From NCBI GenBank assembly GCA_001600815.1, contig BCKZ01000013.1, positions 397,621-461,620 on the forward strand: DNA of 64,000 bases, given 5' to 3'. Made by a program: the position numbers and the translations under genes. Position 1 is the stretch's first letter; each line of letters starts with the position of its first letter. The notes below the pieces were generated by a model that worked only from the letters and a program-made list of their open reading frames with translations, had not been told where the DNA came from and searched no databases. The stretch comes from Alloascoidea hylecoeti. Taxonomy: Eukaryota. This document shows positions 11,551 to 24,967 of this stretch, one piece after another.

Positions 11551-13666
11551 TGATGTTTCCTAATTGATTATGTTCCTGTTCATCGATAAGTACAAAAAAA
11601 AAAACTTTGTGATTGGGTTTGAAACATCCAAGCATCCAAACATTGGTACTGTAACCAGCTGTTATGTTCTTAATTTATATTGTTATATTTTGTCCCTAAT
11701 TCTGATGATGATTCTTTTTATTATGGACACTTAAGACTTTAAACACAAATTTACGATGAAAATAATAGAATTGGTAAACAGATTTATAATTCTAAAAAAT
11801 ATTTGTGTTTTCATGAATAATTACTCTTAGAGAGAAGCTGATTTATATGTGCCCTACTTTTGTAGTTCGAAAACATTTGACGACAGCTCCTCTATACTAT
11901 GACCTCATTCATTTATCTTTTTTTTTTTTTTCTCTTTCTTTCTTTATTATCATTAATCAGACTACTAAATCTCAATATATAAATAATACATGTGCATTCA
12001 ATGAGTTTGATATTTAAAAATTAAGCGCCGATTATCAAAATAACGTTTTTTTATATTTCTATTTTCACATTATAATCAATAAGTTCATTGTAACATTTAT
12101 GTGAATATTACCTTTGCCAGTAATCAATACTATAATAAGTATATCATATAACTATGGAAAAAGCTCATTTGATTTCAGTAATTGATCAAAACATCAGCAA
12201 GTGGGGAAAAAAAAATTATATATATATATATATATATGAAAAATGAAAAGGTAGCTTTCATAATGAGAGCAAAATTATTGATTCAAAATGATTCAAAACA
12301 CCCCAGAAAAATGGTCGAATCATATAGTGTCCACCCATATTAGTTTTCAAAGAGAAAGTTATCTCGCAATATTTATATTTCCACGTTCAGCTTTGAATTC
12401 AGTTAAAACTTATATCAATAAATCATTATCTATCAATGCATTTAATCTCATCTTTTGATTTTTTTGAATTACCTGAGTCTTTAATTGAGAAAACTTTTTT
12501 ATCTAAAAAAATGTGAACAACTTTTATCGATAAAATTTGGTTTAATTTTGGAACAGTTTAAATTAAATTAAATTTTAGAAAGGAACAATTTTACAATGAA
12601 AGTGTATGTATGTATCTACCTACAATCTTCATTCATTATTGAAAGATATCATTTAATGATAGTTTTAGGTAAACTAATATTCATTTTAAATTCTGGAATA
12701 TATTTATATGGTGTCTTGTCATGGATAACTCTTACAAGGAAGCCCATTTAAAGAAACTGGTTTATCCGAAACATAGATCGGGTTGGTAATTATGTATCAA
12801 TAAAAAAGATATATATATATATATATATATTTAATTGACTCGACACAATCAACATATCTATTGGGCATATATGGTCAATATCTTGGCAACTCTTTTTAGA
12901 TCTTGGATCATATACGTAAATGATACATACAAGCTGAAAAAAATGGAAGAAAACAGAGAATAATCATTTTATATACGGGTACTTTTGGAATGATATATAT
13001 ATTTTTTTTCAATTCTTTGAATTGATGTTTAAATTTAATCTAATCGAAGACATTTGAGAACTACAAGGCTTTCATCGATGATATCGCCTGTTGAATATCT
13101 AGACTGTAAATGGACAGGAACATTCAATTACTTAATTACAAATTGTAGTGAAATGCAATAAAACGATAGTTTATTACATATATGTTCCATATTGAGTACA
13201 AGAAACGATTGAATGATGATAATGATATTCTGATTGTAATTGAACAATATTGTGATGGTACAAATTCATGATCATTTAATTTTAGAGAGACAATGCATAT
13301 GTACCAAACACCATCCTGCTCTTTAGTCTATATTTTAGAGTGAATGGAGAGAAGAAGACACGACACAACCGGATCTCTTCAACAATTGAAATACAATTAT
13401 GGTTGATATAATTCCATCAGTAAATTTGTTTCTGAACTTTTCAACGAAGTTATCAAACCGGGAAGTTGAAAAGTATTTTCAAATTGTATTTATTGCCACA
13501 TGAGTTACCCGGATCTCATGAAATTGACGTGATAGTGGGATTTTCCCAAAACTTCCGGGGATTATTAGATAAACAAATTGCATTTCATCTTCATTTCGAT
13601 TTTTACATTCCAGCCAAAAAAAAAAAACACCATCAAAATTAATCATTATATTTATAGAGTGAAAAA

Positions 13667-15310
13667 ATGTCTAAACGTCATCATTTAAAAATTGAAAGTG
13701 AATTAAAGAAAACATTATCAATAAAGGGGAATAATAAATGTGCTGAATGTGGTTCTAGATATCCGAGTAAGTAAATACAATCATATTTTTAGAAATGAAA
13801 TTTCATTATAAAAAATTTATACTAATAAAATATAACTTTTTTTTTTTTTTTTCAGCATGGGCTAGTGTTAATGTATGAAAATATTGATTTTGAATTTGAA
13901 TTTGATTTATTTTATAAATTAGAGATTAATAAAAAAAAAAAATGAGTTTAAATGGAAGATAGTTGGGGATTTTTTTATGTGGAAGATGTGCTTCAATTCA
14001 TCGAAGATTAGGAACACATATTTCAAAAGTGAAAAGTTTAACTTTAGATAACTGGGATATGGAAGAAGTTCAAGTAAGTAAAAAAAAAAAAGTTTACAAT
14101 TATTAAGAATATTTATAAGTTGCTAAGTTGCTAATTAATGAATAATAATGAATATTAGCAAATTCAAAGTATTGGTAATAGACAAGCAAATAATTATTGG
14201 AATCCATTAAATAAAGCATTCCCAGTTGCATTTGATGAAAGTGATAATGGATTAGTAGATAGATATTTAAGAGATAAATATGAAAAACGATCATTTCAAA
14301 CAGGTGATGAACAAGAAATTTATCCACAATCAAGAGTTTTTAAATCTCAGTCAGGATCTCAAGCTAATTCAAGAGGGAACTCTGAATATTCATCATCATT
14401 TGATAGAAATGAAAGAGGGAATTCAGATTATTCAAATTCATCATTTGATAGAAAAGACGATAGTCTAACTAGTAAAAAATCATTTTGGAATAGAAAGAAG
14501 AAAAATAGTTTTAGTGGTTCTAGTGGGGTTAAAGATTTTGATGGAGGTTCTAAACGCAACTCTAATATTCGCCTTACACACAAGGCACCATCGGACGAAG
14601 TTATTAGAAGATACCATAGACAAGTTAAAACGATCGAAGAGCTAGGGTTTTCGGATAAGAATGCAATCTATGAGTCTTTGTCGTTATCACACGGGAACAC
14701 ACAATTGGCGATTCAAATACTGTTGGACGATGGGCAAAGACAGGAAAGTGGGAGAGATGGGTATGCAGCCGAAGATAAGGAGGGAAGTCCACCTCCTCTA
14801 CCAAGAAGGAAGGGCTCTACGGACATTTTGGAACAGGTTGAGTCCCCCATGGAGTGGTGGAACAAAGGAGAAAGCGGGGGCAGGGCGGCAGCAGCAGCAA
14901 CACCGTTTGACGGGCTGATCCAGCAGTTACCGATTCCCGTGAACATGACAGCCGCCACGGGCCAGCCAGCCGCCACGGGCCAGCCAGCCGCCACGGGCCA
15001 GCCAGCCGCCACGGGCCAGCCAGCCGCCACGGGCCAGCCAGGGTTCTACCAGCCAGGGTTCTACCAGCCAGGGTTCTACCAGCAACCCACGGGGTTTGGG
15101 TCCCACCAGCAGGCCACCACCGGGGTCTACCAGCAACCACAGCCGCAGCAGCAGTACCAGCAGCAGTACCAGTACCAGTACCAGTACCAGCAGCCCACTG
15201 GGTCCTACCAGCAACCCACCGGGTCCTACACTGGGTCCTACACCGGGCCCTACACCGGGCCCTACACCGGGTATCCGCAACAACAACAGTACACCCAGTA
15301 CAGGTATTAG
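13667..15310 (+). CDS. ArfGAP zinc-finger + UBA domain protein (Gts1/Ucp3-like), 4 exons: 13667-13766, 13856-13872, 13963-14073, 14159-15310
   Basis: Spliced [47 protein letters not shown]...GNRQANNYWNP...YLRDKYE. UBA-like EELGFSD...ESLSLSHGNTQLAIQIL. C-terminal ATGQP and QPTG repeats. Confidence 0.88.
14950..15290 (+). repeat. GC-rich coding tandem repeats: 18-bp (AATGQP) x5, 15-bp (QPGFY) x3, 12-bp (YTGP/S) units
   Basis: gccgccacgggccagcca repeated five times, cagccagggttctac three times, tacaccgggccc-type units. Confidence 0.9.
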
Positions 15311-15429
15311 TAATATTTAGCGTGTGCTTACATACTCCTACGTAATGTTAAATGTTACCCTCCTTTCTCCTTTCCTATCTTCAGGTGTTCTGAGTAATTC
15401 TCTTATCGGAATAGCATCATTTCTCTAAA

Positions 15430-18048
15430 ATGTCCCAAAACAAAGAAAATCGACAATCCAAAACCAAACAAAATAAAAACAAACCTGATTCCAAAATAGG
15501 CCCATATTTGCTAGGCGTAGAGATCGGCCGGGGCTCTTTTGCTAATGTTTACAAAGGGGTTCACGTTGTAAGTGCTCTATCTTCTTGGTTAACCCCTTAC
15601 TAATAATACTAATACTAACTGACTGTTGAAAGACTACTCGTAACCCCGTCGCTATAAAATCCGTTTTAAGAGCAAAATTAAATAAAAAACTTCTTGAGAA
15701 TTTAGAATCTGAAATCTCTATTCTTAAAACTATGAAACATCCTCATATTGTATCTTTATTGGATTGCTTCCAAACAAATACTTATTTCCATTTAGTTATG
15801 GAATATTGTGCTTTAGGTGATTTATCTTATTTTATTCATAAACGACAGCAAATTCAAACTTCTGTTCCATTACTATCTTCATTATTTGAGAGATATCCTT
15901 CTGAAGGTTATGGACTAAATCAAATTATTGTTTTACATTTTTTAAAACAGTTGGCAAGCGCTTTACAATTTTTAAGAAAATTAAATTTAGTTCATCGTGA
16001 TATAAAACCACAAAATTTATTATTATCTTATCCTTGTAAAAATGAAGATGAATTTATTAATAAAAATTATGTTGCAATTTGGGAATTACCAATTTTAAAA
16101 ATTGCTGATTTTGGTTTTGCTAGATTTTTACCAAATACAAGTTTAGCTGAAACCTTATGTGGATCTCCGTAAGTTCTTTTTTTGATGATGATGATGATAA
16201 TAATGATGATTATTTAATAAAATTAAAAAAAAAAACTAACATTATTATTTATTTAGTCTTTATATGGCTCCAGAAATTCTAAATTATGAAAAATATAATG
16301 CAAAAGCTGATTTATGGTCCGTTGGTGCTGTATTATATGAAATGGCAGTTGGTAGACCACCATTTAAAGCAACAAATCATGTTGAATTATTAAGAAAAAT
16401 TGAAAAAACAAATGATCAAATTATTTTCCCAGATTCTGCATCAAATTTATCACAAGATATAAAAAGATTAATAAGATGTTTATTAAAAAAAAATCCAACT
16501 GAAAGAATGGGTTTTAATGAATTTTTTAATGATCCATTAATTAATTGTAATTTAAATTCTGAAGATAAACCTTTGGATAGATCTGAACTTGATGATAATT
16601 TATTTATTTCTGAATATATTTCAAGATCTATGCATCCAAATAATAACAAGAATAAACCTTCAGATTTAATTACTAAACAAATTTATGAAGAAGAAGAACC
16701 ACAAGAATCTTCTTCTCAATTACAAGGAAATAATACATTAGAATATACTGTTAATACATCAACAATTCAAAACATAACAAATAAAACAAATAATCCTCAA
16801 AAAATTGATCAACAACAACAAAATAATAAACAAAATTCAATAGTTGTTGAAAAAGAATATGTTGTTGTTGAAAAAAGAGCAGTTGAAGTAAATGCATTAG
16901 CAGATGAATTAGAAAATTCCCCACATTTCCCAGATGATTTATTATTTAAAAAAAATTTAAAAAATCGTAGAAGATCATCAACATCAAGATCATCAGGATC
17001 ATCAACAAATAGTGGAAGACCAAATTTAGAAAATAATAGAAGATATAGTATTAATTTATCACCAACAAATGCATTAAGTAAAGCATTAAATATGGCATCA
17101 ATTCGATTATTTGGTTTAAAAGTTGATTCAAAAGGTGATTCAATTAATATTACTCCACCTGATTTTATTCAACGTAAACAATTACAATTAACTTCATCAT
17201 TATCATTAACATCATTAAATAACAATAATATAAATAATGATTATGAAAATATTATTAAAATTGTTGAAAATTTAGCAACAAAAGCAAATTCAATAAATTT
17301 ATTTGCTGATATTAAATTTTCTCAATTAATTCCATTACCACCATCAAATAATTCACAAATATCAAATGAAATTAATATAAATAATGAATCATTAAGTAAT
17401 GAAACAATTAAAGAAATTTCTCAACAAGGTATTGTATTATTTGTTAAAACTTTATCATTATTAGCAAAAGCAATGTCATTAGCATCTGAATGGTGGAAAT
17501 TAAATTCTCAAAAAGGAACTTCTAATAAATTAAATGAAATTATACAATGGATAAGATCAAAATTTAATGAATGTTTAGAAAAAGCTGAATTTATTAGACT
17601 TCGATTAAATGAAGTTACAAAAAATGAAAAACATTTAGAACAACATGAACAACAACAACAACAAAATATTATAATTGCTGAAAAATTAATCTTTGATCGT
17701 GCTTTAGAAATGTCAAGAACTGCTGCAATTAATGAATTAATTGGTGAAGATTTATATGGTTGTGAATTATCTTATGGTACATCAATTTGGATGCTTGAAG
17801 CTTTATTAGAACCTGATGATGATTGTGATAAATTAGATGATGAAGATAGAATAATGGTTGAAAAATTTATTTCAAGTATAAGTACAAGATTAATGATTTT
17901 AAAGAAAAAAATTGTTACTATGGGTGGTTATAATAATTTACAAGGAAATTCAAATGTTAATGGAAATGTTATTGATGATGATGATGATGGACAAGACGGT
18001 AAACATCCAGAGATTCAAGAAGAAGATGAAAATGCAATTATTGGTTAA
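15430..18048 (+). CDS. ATG1: Autophagy Ser/Thr kinase Atg1 (3 exons: 15430-15567, 15633-16168, 16257-18048)
   Basis: [82 protein letters not shown]-terminal [17 protein letters not shown]-like region. Confidence 0.96.
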
Positions 18049-18323
18049 TTCTTTTTTATCATTATTTTTCTTCTTTTACATTTTATATATATATATTTTT
18101 TATCATATTTTTTTAAAAAATTATAATTTGGTTGTTGTAATTTTTGGTTGGCAGGTTTATCTTTTTTACATACTTTCATTTTTTTTTTTTTTCTTCATTT
18201 TTAATAAACATAAAGACATATTTGTTATAAATTATAAAAACCCAACTATTACATATTGCATTCATTTAAATCTTTTTTTTTATAACCATTTATATAATTT
18301 TTATTATTATTATTTATTAGGAG

Positions 18324-18367
<44 letters not shown>

Positions 18368-20700
18368 CTTATTCTTGATTTAACTTTTAAATTTCATTTT
18401 CACTTTTTATATTTATATGGTATAAATCAACCTTGATATTTATCTATGATCTATAATTATGTGTAACATTCTTAATAATTTTTTAAAATTGATACCTAGT
18501 TTATAGATATAGATATAAATTGAAATTATTAATATGACTGCTATTGGTGAAATAAGTACGACTTTTTAAAACATTAATTAATGATAACCGATTTATCGAT
18601 ATCGATAGGTATTTATATTACCAGTAAGTTTTAATTGAATAGATAATTAGGCAAATATGGTATAGTATTATACAATACGATTTATGTTATTGAGGTATGT
18701 ATTTCTTTAGACTCCACACAGGTTATCCTATGCGAATTATCTTCATTTGATATGATTTTCCAACTTTCATTGTGGTGTCCGTATTGAACTTTTAATTTTT
18801 TGATTCGAGATTCTGCTTTACTTTTCTTTAGAATAGCTAGCATTCTACCCCGTTGTATTCTGATTAGAAATTCAGCAGAAATATATAAAGGACAAAACAT
18901 TTTTCAATAACCGATTTATTATTTAACACTTTAAACGAGATCTATAATCAGGAAAGCCAATTGTCATTAAATATAAATAGTATAAGTAGCCACTATTTTC
19001 CTTCAGAAAACGTATATATATATATCTTTTAATACATGTATTACATTTGTTCCTTTCCGCAAATGTTATCAAATTAGATTCTGATACACATTATTTATTA
19101 TATATAATATTCATTTAACTTGTAATTTATGTTATAGAGCTGTATGTTATTGGTTCATCATAGATATTACTTCAATCACTATATTATTTAGATAAATCTG
19201 TTTTTAAAATTTTTTGTAGCTGGCGTGCGTAGCTGCTTAATCCCTTCTTGTCTTCATTATATACCTGTTGTAATAATAATTTAATTTTATTGGTATTTCA
19301 ATTGGAATCATATCCTAAACCATAAAATTGAAGTATAGATCCTGAATTAGTTTTTCAAATAAGATATTTGATTAATATAGAAAAACTGAAATGTATTGCA
19401 AGAAGCAATAATAACAATTAAATCGAGATAACTACTATGTGTTTCAATATGCATGCATATTACAATTAATCTTCCTGTCATTTGTCTTGAACTACCGCTA
19501 TACCTACTTATTAATATATGATTTGTTGAAGACACATATATTGAGCTTCATCCCATCTTTCCCTATTTCCCTTTTGATATGCACTAAAATTTATACTGAA
19601 TTTATATTTATTACAAACCCTTCTGCACTATTTCAATTAAACAATTGGTATTATTATTCCCAAATACACTTTCGATGAATTGACTTCTCTGATCTATGAG
19701 GATCTTTTGATTATCATTCTGCTGAACTGATCTCTGAGAATGAGAAAGAGCAATATCACAATTGGTAATAACATACTATTAATTCAAGAGAGGTCTGATA
19801 ATCCCATGGTCGATGCTGGTAATCCTTTGGTGAAATATTTTAATAGTTCTTATGATGTATTTCAAACCTGTTAACTACATTATTATTTAACAATAACAAT
19901 GTGCATAATAATACACTGTATATGCCTAAAGATTAAACCCATTCGTTATCAGAAGTCATAAACTTAGTATGCCACGAGATTTCAGATGAAAAAGAAAATA
20001 TTTTCAAAAGTAATTTATATACTTTTGTTGTTTTATTTGGTAATAACAATTTAAAGAGAAAATATATATAGTTAATATAAAAAGAAGAGGAAAGTTCACC
20101 AACGGTGAACCAAAAATAAGTATTTACTAAATCAACCATTCACCAAAAATTATGAAATCTCTAAATATTTTGTATACATTAACTACCTATCCTAATAGAA
20201 TCCTCCTGACATTTTTCTACGTGTTTCTTTTCTTTTTAATTCAAATTTGGAGAGTTTATTCTTCTTTTTTCCCCCCTGCTTTTTAATCCCTTTAATTTGC
20301 TTTTTTGCTAGAAATGCTCGCATTCCTTTCTAAAAACTTAATTATCTGGTACTAATTAACATATTTATTTTTATATTTAAAATCATTGAAAAGTAATAAT
20401 TTTTTCATTTAAATTTATATTGAGATCCTTTAAGTTTAATCAGGTAATTGGATATTCATCAATATTAATATTTTATGGTGGCTCATAAATAATCAACAAT
20501 TTTGACATTGCATAGCTAATTCATTCAACAACATGGTTGAGCAGCAGTGCATTAAGTAATCGATTATTTAGTACAAAATATGGCTTAAAAATTAAGTGTA
20601 TGAATTTTTCAAAGAATGTTTAGAAACAAATTAAACAAAAAAAAAAAGAAAAGATAATTAATATATAACAATCTATATTCTATATACAAAATCAAATAAT

Positions 20701-20701
<1 letters not shown>

Positions 20702-20782
<81 letters not shown>

Positions 20783-20822
20783 NNNNNNNNNNNNNNNNNN
20801 AAAAAAAAAAAAAAAAAAAAAA
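20702..20822 (+). repeat. Long poly(A) tract containing an assembly gap
   Basis: Nearly pure A run on both sides of n bases at 20783-20800. Confidence 0.9.
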
Positions 20823-21084
20823 ATAAACACAATTAATTGCAAAAAATAAAAAAAATAAAAATAAAAATAAAAAACTATAAGAATATTAATTAATACGAAA
20901 GAATTAATAAGATAAAAATTAATGATATAATATAATGATATAGTATAATGAATAAATAAATAAACAAACAAATTAAACATTCTAATATAGTTTTTTATTT
21001 TATAAATGAATGACAATTAATATAGTTAATCAATTGCAAATAAACCCACCACGATAATAATTATTACAACAAGGATGAAATGAG

Positions 21085-21115
<31 letters not shown>

Positions 21116-21285
21116 TTAAAAAACAATGGATAAATAGAAATAAAAAATGTAGAATTATATATGGTTTTTTTTTTTTATATATATATATTATCAAGGATAA
21201 TGAGTGATTTTAAATTTCAAGATCAAATTATGATTAATTAATAATAGTATGCAAATAATAAAAGATATAGTATAAAATCAAAACA

Positions 21286-24200
21286 TTATAAATCTTTTGA
21301 TTTTGATGATTGTAAAATACCAACAGTTACAGAATTACTTCTATAACGATTTTTAATATTATTATTAATTGAAGTTTCATCATCATCTTTATATTTATCC
21401 TTTGAATTTGAATTTGAATTTGAATAAATACGTTTTTGATGATTTCTAAAAGCAATTGATCTAAGATTTGATGCTCTATCACCATTTAATGATGAATTTG
21501 ATTTTGAATTTTTAACATTAGGTAATGAAATATTTGATAAAGGATTATTATTATTATTATTAGAATTGTTAGAATTTGAATTCGATGATATATTTGTTGA
21601 ATCAGATAAATTATCATTTATTTTTGATGTAATTGCTGATTGTGAAGCAAAATGTTGTAATGATTCAGGAATTTCTTCAACAACTAAATCATTATTGTCA
21701 ACAACTAAATTAAGTGAAGTAATATCATTTTTTAAAAAACTATCATTATGTGATTTACGTCTTGGAATTTCAGATTCAAATGATTTAAGACGTGTTCTTG
21801 AATTAATAGAATCTAAATGACGTGGTCGAACTACAAGTTCTAATTCACCATTATCATCATCATCATCTTCTTCTTCATCATCTTCATCTTCTTCAGAATT
21901 ACAACTGTCGGAACTACTATTATTGCTGCAAATTGTATCTGAAAGTGATGAATTTTGGGAATATCTTCTTATAAAAGATGAATCATCAAATTGTGCATAA
22001 GATCCAGAAATACTATTTCCTCTAGATCCAGAAAGTTCAATTGGAGTTGAAGAACTTTCATCAGTAGATGAAAATAAAGGGTCTGAAGTACTTTTCAATG
22101 AAATCGGAGTAGGATTTGAAATATTTGTTAGTGAAGGTCCTGGAGTTGAATTTAAACCGTTAGTTGATGAATGACGTGAAGTTGAAGTTGAATTTAAACC
22201 ATTAGTTGATGAATGACGCGAATTTGAATTTGAATTTGAAATATTAGCTGATGAAGGAGTTGGATTTAATTGAAAAGAAGGTACAGAAACTGTACCTGAT
22301 CTTTTACTTCTTGGTGAAGGAGCACAATTACAATTTGTAGAAATTGAAAGTCTACCAGATTTTGAAAATGGTGAAGGTGATCTATTAAAATTTTTAAATG
22401 CAGCACGATGAGATCTACTTCCTAAAGAAGTATCAGTGTTCTTTAATGTTAAACAATCTTTGTTGGTATTGAAATCATAATCATTTGATTGTGAGTGTGG
22501 TCTTGATCTTGAAGGTGATCCATTAAAATTTTTAAATGAAGCACGAAATGATTTATTTATTAAAGAAGGATCAGCATTATTAAGTGTTGAACTATTTTGA
22601 TGGGTATTAATTTCATTTGATTGAGATTGAGATTGTGATTGTGATCTCGATGGTGAAGTGCTGAATACTGAATTACTGAAGTTTTCAAATAAGAGTGGTT
22701 TTTGTGGTTCTGGTACAAGAATATTAGAATTTGAATAATAATTAGATGGAGAATTAGATTCTGATGAAGTAGTTGATGAAGTTGAAGTCGTAAATAATTT
22801 AGAAATAAGATTTTGATTTTTATTACAATTATGATTATGATTATGATTATGATTATGATTATGATTATTATTATTAGAAATTTCTTGTAATCTAGTAATG
22901 AAAGAAGGAGATCTTGAATTTGAAAAAGAATCATGATCATTTCTTGCTGAAAAACAAGCATTTAAACTTGATTTTCTTTTCCCTTGTTTAAAATTATTTA
23001 ATTCAGTTAATGAATTATAAGCAGATTTTAAATTATTTGGACTATGATTACTAATTATTAATGCTTCTGCATTAATATTTGTTGAACTTATTGTACCAGA
23101 TCTTCTTGCTTTTAAATCATAACCATCATTTATATCATCATTATTATTACGATTATCACGAACTTCAAAAATTCTTGATGGAGTTCTTGATCTTAAATTA
23201 AAATCTGGTGATGAAATTGTTATATTTGAATTATATGATGAATTAAATTGAAGATTTGCTGGTGAATCACTTCTTGATCTTGGATTTATTGGGAAAATTA
23301 AATTATTATTATCAAATTGATGATGATTATGGTGATTTTTATCTTTAAAATCATCATCTGTTAATATAAAAGTTTTTGTTTTGAAAGCATGAGAAATTGA
23401 TGATATACTTGAATTTCTAGATGATGAAACATATGGGCATGGACTTTGAGTTCTAGAAACAGAAGTTGAATGATTTATTTGAGAATTTGTACCATTTATG
23501 TCGTAATTAGTAGTATTAAAATGATGTTTATATTTATTTAATTTATTGCTTGTTGTTGCTTTAATCTTTGGTAAGTTAAGAGCTTTTGCAAGTTTATTCC
23601 GTATTCTTGAACCAAAACCAACAACGACTGCTTCATTTAATTCAGTATTTGAAATTTCAATTTTATCTTCTTTATATGAAGGATTAGACATTATATCTAT
23701 ATCTTTTGAAGACATTCCATTAGTCATAAATGGATGTTTTTTAATTTCAGGTATATCAAATCTTTTAGTTGGATCTTTTTCTAATAATTTTGATAATATA
23801 TCCTTACCGTTTTTAATTAATTCGATTGTATCGTGATCTAGATCACGATCTAGATCGTGATCTGTTTCAAAGTTTTCAGGCATCATGGTTGTTGATTTCG
23901 AATTTAAATTTAAATTTGAATTTGAATCTGAATTTGAACCAGGAAAAGATAAACGTTCATTGACGATAACATGAAACAATTCAAATTCAGAATCAGCTGT
24001 GAAAGGTAATTTACCAAATAAAAGACAATATAAAGTAACACCTAAAGCCCATATATCGATTTTATGAGTTATATGTTGTTTCCCAGTTGAATCTGAATAA
24101 CATAATTCAGGTGCAAAAAATGCAGGTGTACCTGCTGTCTTACATAATTCAAGTTCATTGTTATCATCAGCTATTGAAGAAGAAAATGATACACCAAAAT

Positions 24201-24807
24201 CGGATATTTTAACAGTTCCAGATTTTGTTAATAATAAGTTTGCAGGTTTAATATCTCGATGAATAATACCTTGAAAATGTAAATATTCCAAACCAAGAAC
24301 AACATCTTTAAAAGCACTTTGAGCTTGTTGAGGAGTTACAGCAGGAGAACCATCATCTTTTTGCCATTTTATTTCACCATTTTCTACATATTCCAAAATT
24401 AGATATATTTTATTTGAATTTGAATCATCCAAAACCTCTTTTAACTGAACAATATTTGGATGATTACATTTTTTCATAATTGCAATTTCTCTCCGTACTT
24501 TATCTTCTTGAGTTGTAGTTCGATGTCGTAGTCTTCCGAAACGTGGTGAAGAATTTCTGTCGACGATTTTAATAGCAGCTAGTGTGTTTGTGACCAAATC
24601 TTTGGCCAGTTTAACTTTTCCATGTTGGCCACGACCCAATTCGGAGACGATTTCGTAGGTGTTGAGCAGTTTTCTGCCGGAGATGGGGTCGAAGTTCATG
24701 TTGACATGGTGGGTTTCCTTGACTACGGTGGGTGTTGGGGGGGACATTGAGCCACCGGTGGGGGACGTGGTGGGGGACGTGGTGGGGGACGTTGGTTCCA
24801 CGGCCAT
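21286..24807 (-). CDS. SAK1: CaMKK-like Snf1-activating kinase (Sak1/Tos3/Ssp1 family)
   Basis: VKETHHV...LNTYEIVSELGRGQHGKVKLA, REIAIMKKCNHPNIV, HRDIKPANLL, KISDFGVS, KTAGTPAFFAPELC; long Ser/Asn-rich tail. Confidence 0.85.
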   Translation of the reverse strand: MAVEPTSPTTSPTTSPTGGSMSPPTPTVVKETHHVNMNFDPISGRKLLNTYEIVSELGRGQHGKVKLAKDLVTNTLAAIKIVDRNSSPRFGRLRHRTTTQEDKVRREIAIMKKCNHPNIVQLKEVLDDSNSNKIYLILEYVENGEIKWQKDDGSPAVTPQQAQSAFKDVVLGLEYLHFQGIIHRDIKPANLLLTKSGTVKISDFGVSFSSSIADDNNELELCKTAGTPAFFAPELCYSDSTGKQHITHKIDIWALGVTLYCLLFGKLPFTADSEFELFHVIVNERLSFPGSNSDSNSNLNLNSKSTTMMPENFETDHDLDRDLDHDTIELIKNGKDILSKLLEKDPTKRFDIPEIKKHPFMTNGMSSKDIDIMSNPSYKEDKIEISNTELNEAVVVGFGSRIRNKLAKALNLPKIKATTSNKLNKYKHHFNTTNYDINGTNSQINHSTSVSRTQSPCPYVSSSRNSSISSISHAFKTKTFILTDDDFKDKNHHNHHQFDNNNLIFPINPRSRSDSPANLQFNSSYNSNITISSPDFNLRSRTPSRIFEVRDNRNNNDDINDGYDLKARRSGTISSTNINAEALIISNHSPNNLKSAYNSLTELNNFKQGKRKSSLNACFSARNDHDSFSNSRSPSFITRLQEISNNNNHNHNHNHNHNHNCNKNQNLISKLFTTSTSSTTSSESNSPSNYYSNSNILVPEPQKPLLFENFSNSVFSTSPSRSQSQSQSQSNEINTHQNSSTLNNADPSLINKSFRASFKNFNGSPSRSRPHSQSNDYDFNTNKDCLTLKNTDTSLGSRSHRAAFKNFNRSPSPFSKSGRLSISTNCNCAPSPRSKRSGTVSVPSFQLNPTPSSANISNSNSNSRHSSTNGLNSTSTSRHSSTNGLNSTPGPSLTNISNPTPISLKSTSDPLFSSTDESSSTPIELSGSRGNSISGSYAQFDDSSFIRRYSQNSSLSDTICSNNSSSDSCNSEEDEDDEEEDDDDDNGELELVVRPRHLDSINSRTRLKSFESEIPRRKSHNDSFLKNDITSLNLVVDNNDLVVEEIPESLQHFASQSAITSKINDNLSDSTNISSNSNSNNSNNNNNNPLSNISLPNVKNSKSNSSLNGDRASNLRSIAFRNHQKRIYSNSNSNSKDKYKDDDETSINNNIKNRYRSNSVTVGILQSSKSKDL

Positions 24808-24967
24808 TTACCTTCTTCTTATGGAGTGATGAATGGATTCGACAATTATTTAAATTTGGTCGTTTCGGAAACGTTACTGTCGCGCACGTGACACACGCCG
24901 GTTGCCATGGGTACCACGGTGGTTATAATCGATTGCTGCGTCCTCCGTAATTATTATAATTATTATT

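Noticed and set aside
11560..13600. Hidden multi-exon gene or ncRNA in the 2-kb gap
   Set aside because: No consistent spliced frame or recognisable RNA motif could be assembled by eye.
14661..15320. Multiple overlapping ORFs on both strands
   Set aside because: Shadow frames from GC-rich tandem repeats in the ArfGAP last exon.
17912..18436. 174-aa hydrophobic ORF (and similar ORF at 20609-21016)
   Set aside because: Translation of poly-T/poly-A and (TAT)n microsatellites.
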